Shown here: in pieces, positions 59,807-64,000 of the stretch
Layout of the letters: each line of letters begins with the position of its first letter
How positions within the stretch are numbered: position 1 is the first letter of the stretch
NCBI GenBank assembly: GCA_963845145.1
Contig: CAWJQU010000004.1
Location: 96,001-160,000, forward strand
From: an uncultured delta proteobacterium
GTDB taxonomy: Bacteria > Desulfobacterota > Desulfobacteria > Desulfobacterales > QNYZ01
Length of the DNA stretch: 64,000 nucleotides
Direction: 5' to 3'
Notes under the pieces: model-generated
What the model saw: the letters and a program-made list of their open reading frames with translations, nothing else
Told to the model about the DNA's origin: nothing
The model's database searches: none
Translations under genes and position numbers: made by a program

Positions 59807-62668
59807 TTACCGCAGCAACTCCTGCACTTTATGGATAATCTCACGAATGCTGAAAGGTTTTTGAATAAAAGGTGTGTCTGGATGAATCTCCCAGTGATGA
59901 CCAATCGCGTCGTCTGTGTAACCGGACATCAAAAGCTCTTTGAGGTTAGGCTGTTTTTCCCTAAGGCGCCCTATCAGTTCGGTGCCGCTCATCCCAGGCA
60001 AGACGATATCTGTAATCACAAGGTCGGGCTTCAGTCCTTTCTCTTCAACCTTCAGTAGGGCTGCTTCCCCGTTTTCCGCGACATCCACATGATAACCGTA
60101 CTTTAAAAGCGCTTTCATCATTAAATTGCGGACGGCTTCTTCATCCTCCACCACCAGGATATACTCATCACCGGTTTTTATTGTTTTCCTTGCGGGTCTC
60201 TTTTTTTCAATGTTCTTTTCAGAATTTGTTTCGGGTAGATATATCTTAAAAGTTGTTCCGAATCCAGGTTCTGAATAAGCCCAAATATTGCCGCCGGATT
60301 GTTTGACGATGCCATATACCGTGGAAAGCCCCAATCCCGTACCCCTATCTTTGTCTTTGGTGGTAAAAAACGGTTCAAATACCCTTAGCAAGGTGTCCTT
60401 GTTCATGCCCGAACCGGTGTCATTTATAGCACACATCACATACTTTCCGGGTAAGACGCCCGGGTGTCCATCGGCATATGCTTCATCCAGCTCCACATTA
60501 GCGGTTTCGATAATCAGCTTACCGCCTGTTGGCATGGCGTCACGGGCATTAACCGCAATATTCATGATAACCTGTTCGATCTGGCCGGGGTCGGCAATCA
60601 CATGGTTTAAATTCTTAGACAGCGATAGACTCAACTCGATATCTTCGCCGATGAGCCGGCCGAGCATCTTTTCAAGGTTTGAAATAATATCATTGAGGTT
60701 TAGCACCATGGGTTGAAGCGTTTGGCGCCGGCTAAAAGCTAAAAGCTGACGTGTCAATGTAGCCGAACGGCGTCCGGCCTCAATGATTTCCTTCATGTCT
60801 TCCCGCAAAGGATCCCCGGGATGGAGCTCATCTAAGACACTTTCACTGTAGCCGAGAATAATGCTCAGTAAGTTGTTAAAATCATGGGCCACACCGCCGG
60901 CCAGACTTCCGATAGCCTCAACCTTCTGGGCCTGTTGCAATTGTTCTTGCAGTTGATTCTTTTCTTCATCTGAACGAATCTGTTGGGTCATGTCTTTTTT
61001 GACGGCGATAAAATTCTCAATCTTTCCATCCTGATCAAGCACCGGTGAAATCGTGGCCTGTTCGGTAAACAAGGTTCCGGATTTATTCCGATTGATTATT
61101 TGACCCCCCCAGACATTTCCACTGCTAATGGTCTCCCACAGCTCACGGTAGAAATTATCGTCATGGTGGCCACTATTAAGAATGCGCGGGTTCTGGCCGA
61201 TGGCCTCATGGTGGGAATAGCCGGTCAACCGTTCGAAACTGGGATTGACATATACGATTGTCCCCTCGGCATCGGTAATCACGACAGATTCACTCATCTG
61301 CTGTATCGCCGAGGTTAATCGCTCACGGTCCACCTCAAACTCCTTACGCTTGGAAATGTCGTTCACTATGCCCTCGTACCTGACCACCTTGCCGTCCGCA
61401 TCAAAATAGGCACGGGTGCTGTTGGATACCCAGATTGACGAACCATCTTTTCGGCGGGCTTTGAATTCGAAATTTTCAATCTTTCCATTCTTCCGGAGAA
61501 TTTGCTGAAAAACATGACGATCTTCGGGGTTCACATAGTACTGCGTAGTAATGTCGGAGATGGCAGAAAGGAGGTCTTTCGGTGATTCGTATCCGAGCAT
61601 ACTGGCAAAGGCTGGATTGACGCTGATAAACCGTCCCCCCGGTATGCTTTGGTAAAATCCTTCGAGTGCATTTTCATAAATATTTCGGTATTTATCCTCA
61701 CTCTCGCGCAACGCTCTTTCAGCTAAAGTGCGATCGGTGATATCTTCACCAATACTAGTAGCACCGGCGACATCCCCATTGGGATCATGGAAAACAGTAT
61801 TACTCCAGCTGATCAGACGTCGGTCTCCATTCCTGGTGATAATTTCATTTGTATAGTGCGCCGGAAAATTAGACGTTTTAATTGTTTCCAGGAATATAGA
61901 CCATTTTATTTCATCTTGAATTTCAGGCGGAAGAAAAGTCTTAAACCAGCTTTTCCCAATAATCTCCTCCCGTTTCCAACCCGTCATATTAAGCAAGCAA
62001 TCGTTGCAAAAGGTTATGTTTCCTTGAGTGTCCAGCGAGATGGCGATCAAATCCACGGTTTCCAGCACATTTCGGAGCCGCTTTTCAGATTCTTTCAGTT
62101 TCTTTTCAACCCGCTTTCGAACGGTAGCGTCACTGATAACTGCACGCAATCGGGTCTCGCTTTTGTTTTCGGTCTCAGTCAGAACCGATTCGATTTGAAC
62201 CCAGAGCGGCTCGGCATCTCTTTTGAGCATTCGTAGCCGGCACATGCAGGGTTGATTCTTATCTTGAATCTCCCGGTAGTGCAGGTAGAAAATGTCCTGG
62301 TCATTCGGAAAGATGAACGTGGAAAAGGGCTGTTTCACCAGGGTCTGTCGCTCGACTCCCAACATTTCAGCCAAAGTGAGGTTTGCCTCGAGGATCAACC
62401 CGCTGTTGTTGATAGTCACGTAACCTGCAGGCGCTTGGTCATACAGATCGGAAAAGCGGTCACGTGACTCGGCCAGTTCTTCCTGGATGCTTAAAAGCGC
62501 CTCGTTTTGTATCTCCAGCTCGATCTGATACGTTTGTAGCTCATGAACCAGTTCACGGACCTCTTGCATCGACAGTTCATGAATAACTGGAGGATGCTTT
62601 TTAAGTCTTGCTTCAGCCTGCTTGCGTAGCTCTGTGAGCTTGTCCGGATTCGCCTTGTGCGCGGTCAT
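59807..62668 (-). CDS. Multi-PAS hybrid sensor histidine kinase
   Basis: Four PAS/PAC-like segments, AGGVAHDFNN, GTGLGL, C-terminal receiver (VITDIVLP, QKPF). Confidence 0.93.
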   Translation of the reverse strand: MTAHKANPDKLTELRKQAEARLKKHPPVIHELSMQEVRELVHELQTYQIELEIQNEALLSIQEELAESRDRFSDLYDQAPAGYVTINNSGLILEANLTLAEMLGVERQTLVKQPFSTFIFPNDQDIFYLHYREIQDKNQPCMCRLRMLKRDAEPLWVQIESVLTETENKSETRLRAVISDATVRKRVEKKLKESEKRLRNVLETVDLIAISLDTQGNITFCNDCLLNMTGWKREEIIGKSWFKTFLPPEIQDEIKWSIFLETIKTSNFPAHYTNEIITRNGDRRLISWSNTVFHDPNGDVAGATSIGEDITDRTLAERALRESEDKYRNIYENALEGFYQSIPGGRFISVNPAFASMLGYESPKDLLSAISDITTQYYVNPEDRHVFQQILRKNGKIENFEFKARRKDGSSIWVSNSTRAYFDADGKVVRYEGIVNDISKRKEFEVDRERLTSAIQQMSESVVITDAEGTIVYVNPSFERLTGYSHHEAIGQNPRILNSGHHDDNFYRELWETISSGNVWGGQIINRNKSGTLFTEQATISPVLDQDGKIENFIAVKKDMTQQIRSDEEKNQLQEQLQQAQKVEAIGSLAGGVAHDFNNLLSIILGYSESVLDELHPGDPLREDMKEIIEAGRRSATLTRQLLAFSRRQTLQPMVLNLNDIISNLEKMLGRLIGEDIELSLSLSKNLNHVIADPGQIEQVIMNIAVNARDAMPTGGKLIIETANVELDEAYADGHPGVLPGKYVMCAINDTGSGMNKDTLLRVFEPFFTTKDKDRGTGLGLSTVYGIVKQSGGNIWAYSEPGFGTTFKIYLPETNSEKNIEKKRPARKTIKTGDEYILVVEDEEAVRNLMMKALLKYGYHVDVAENGEAALLKVEEKGLKPDLVITDIVLPGMSGTELIGRLREKQPNLKELLMSGYTDDAIGHHWEIHPDTPFIQKPFSIREIIHKVQELLR

Positions 62669-62738
62669 GACCCATTTTCTCCAAATTGATGATGGTTTTC
62701 AAAATGGTTTTTCCGACCTATTTGTATTCAATGGAACA

Positions 62739-64000
62739 TCAGTTGTCTTTTTGGATCGAATCGAGTAGTTGGCGAACCGTTGCGGCCAATTTGGTTTGAT
62801 CGACCGGCTTCATCAAAAATCCATCATAGCCCAACGTCTCTTTTTGGTCATTGAGTTTTTCGTTGAATCCGGTACACAAAATTACCGGTATATCAGGGCG
62901 AATCGTTTTTACCTCTCGTATCAGTTTGTCGCCAGTCATGTTTGGCATGGTCATATCCGTGATGATCAGATCAAAATTGTTTGGGGATGAACGAAATATC
63001 TCTAAAGCCTCTAGGCTGCTTGTTCTTGATGTGACCGCATATCCCAACCTCTCAAGGCTTTTCTCCTGCATTTTTATGATAGACGGCTCGTCGTCTATCA
63101 ATAGAATCCGTCCTGTGCCTGTGGTTAATATTTTTTGAGTTTGGACCGATGTGTCCACCGAATGCTTTGAAGCCAGTGGCAGAAAAACCTGAAACGTGGT
63201 GCCTTTGCCGGAGTGGCTCCGGGCGAAGATGTGTCCGTTATATGACTTGATGATGCCATGAACCACGGAAAGCCCTAGCCCGGTGCCCTCACCTTTTTCT
63301 TTGGTTGTAAAATAAGGCTCAAAAATCTTGCCAAGATGATCTTCCGGAATTCCGATTCCCGTATCGCTGACCGTGATGCGCGCATACTTTCCAGGAGGTA
63401 CCTCCGGAGGGCTTATTCTAGTTTTTGAATTAACGGATACATTATCGACACGGACGTTCAGGAAACCATTTCCGTCAGGCATGGCTTGTTTAGCGTTGGT
63501 TACCAGATTGACAAAAACCTGGTGAAGCTGGGTCGGATTGGCCATAACAATCAATGGCTCGCTTGAAATACTTACTCTAAATTCAATCGATTTGGGAATG
63601 GTAGCACGGAGCATTTTAAGCGCTTCTGTGATCAAAGGCGCAACCCGGATTGGTTTGATCTCTTGTTCTTCATGTCGGCTCATAATCAGGATCTGGTTGA
63701 CCAATTCCTTGGCGCGGTTACCAGCTGTCAGCACATCGGTAAGGTATTCGTGCAGTATGGTTTCCCTATCCACTTCCTCCAGTGATAGTTCAGTAAACCC
63801 AATCACAGAAGAGAGAATATTATTGAAATCGTGAGCAATACCGCCCGCCAAAGTACCGACGGCTTCCATCTTTTGAGCCTGACGCAATTGGTACTCCGCT
63901 TTAATTTGATTCTTTTGAAGCTCTTTTAGCCGTGTGATATCAGTGGCAATCTGCAAATGAACAATGCGCCCGTCGATCCATTTGATCGCTCTGTCGTAAT
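62739..64000 (-). CDS. Hybrid sensor histidine kinase, 3' part (5' end outside the window)
   Basis: AGGIAHDFNN, GTGLGL, receiver IITDMTMP/MKPV; the frame stays open to the window edge. Confidence 0.9.
   Translation of the reverse strand, partial: YDRAIKWIDGRIVHLQIATDITRLKELQKNQIKAEYQLRQAQKMEAVGTLAGGIAHDFNNILSSVIGFTELSLEEVDRETILHEYLTDVLTAGNRAKELVNQILIMSRHEEQEIKPIRVAPLITEALKMLRATIPKSIEFRVSISSEPLIVMANPTQLHQVFVNLVTNAKQAMPDGNGFLNVRVDNVSVNSKTRISPPEVPPGKYARITVSDTGIGIPEDHLGKIFEPYFTTKEKGEGTGLGLSVVHGIIKSYNGHIFARSHSGKGTTFQVFLPLASKHSVDTSVQTQKILTTGTGRILLIDDEPSIIKMQEKSLERLGYAVTSRTSSLEALEIFRSSPNNFDLIITDMTMPNMTGDKLIREVKTIRPDIPVILCTGFNEKLNDQKETLGYDGFLMKPVDQTKLAATVRQLLDSIQKDN

Noticed and set aside
66..63834. 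Many short ORFs overlapping or antisense to recognised genes
   Set aside because: No motifs or RBS; they are explained as shadow frames of the real CDSs.

Overview
Chromosomal window, most likely from a sulfate-reducing Desulfobacterota (inferred from a complete hmcABCDEF operon). In order it carries: a partial rnhA, an FKBP PPIase, hom and ltaE; argR followed by tandem ARG boxes, a structured leader and an Opp/Dpp-type ABC transporter with aminotransferase, amidohydrolase and redox genes; a decaying accessory stretch (about 16.5-25.9 kb) with an AbiEii remnant, several broken genes and an apparently intact, stand-alone PrdB/GrdB-like selenoprotein that the ORF track splits at its UGA (UxxC motif plus a SECIS-like hairpin); a TetR-controlled LolA-like/ABC/beta-barrel envelope cluster; glnS, amrB and a CHAD-ParA pair; the hmc operon extended by usp, an rrf1-like regulator, a sensor kinase and rrf2; a DtxR-family regulator divergent from feoAB; and two hybrid sensor kinases. 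A MITE-like repeat family, REP-like palindromes and several short degenerate tandem repeats lie between or within genes. No rRNA, tRNA, CRISPR array or intact transposase was recognised. All calls come from reading the sequence; no database searches were run.
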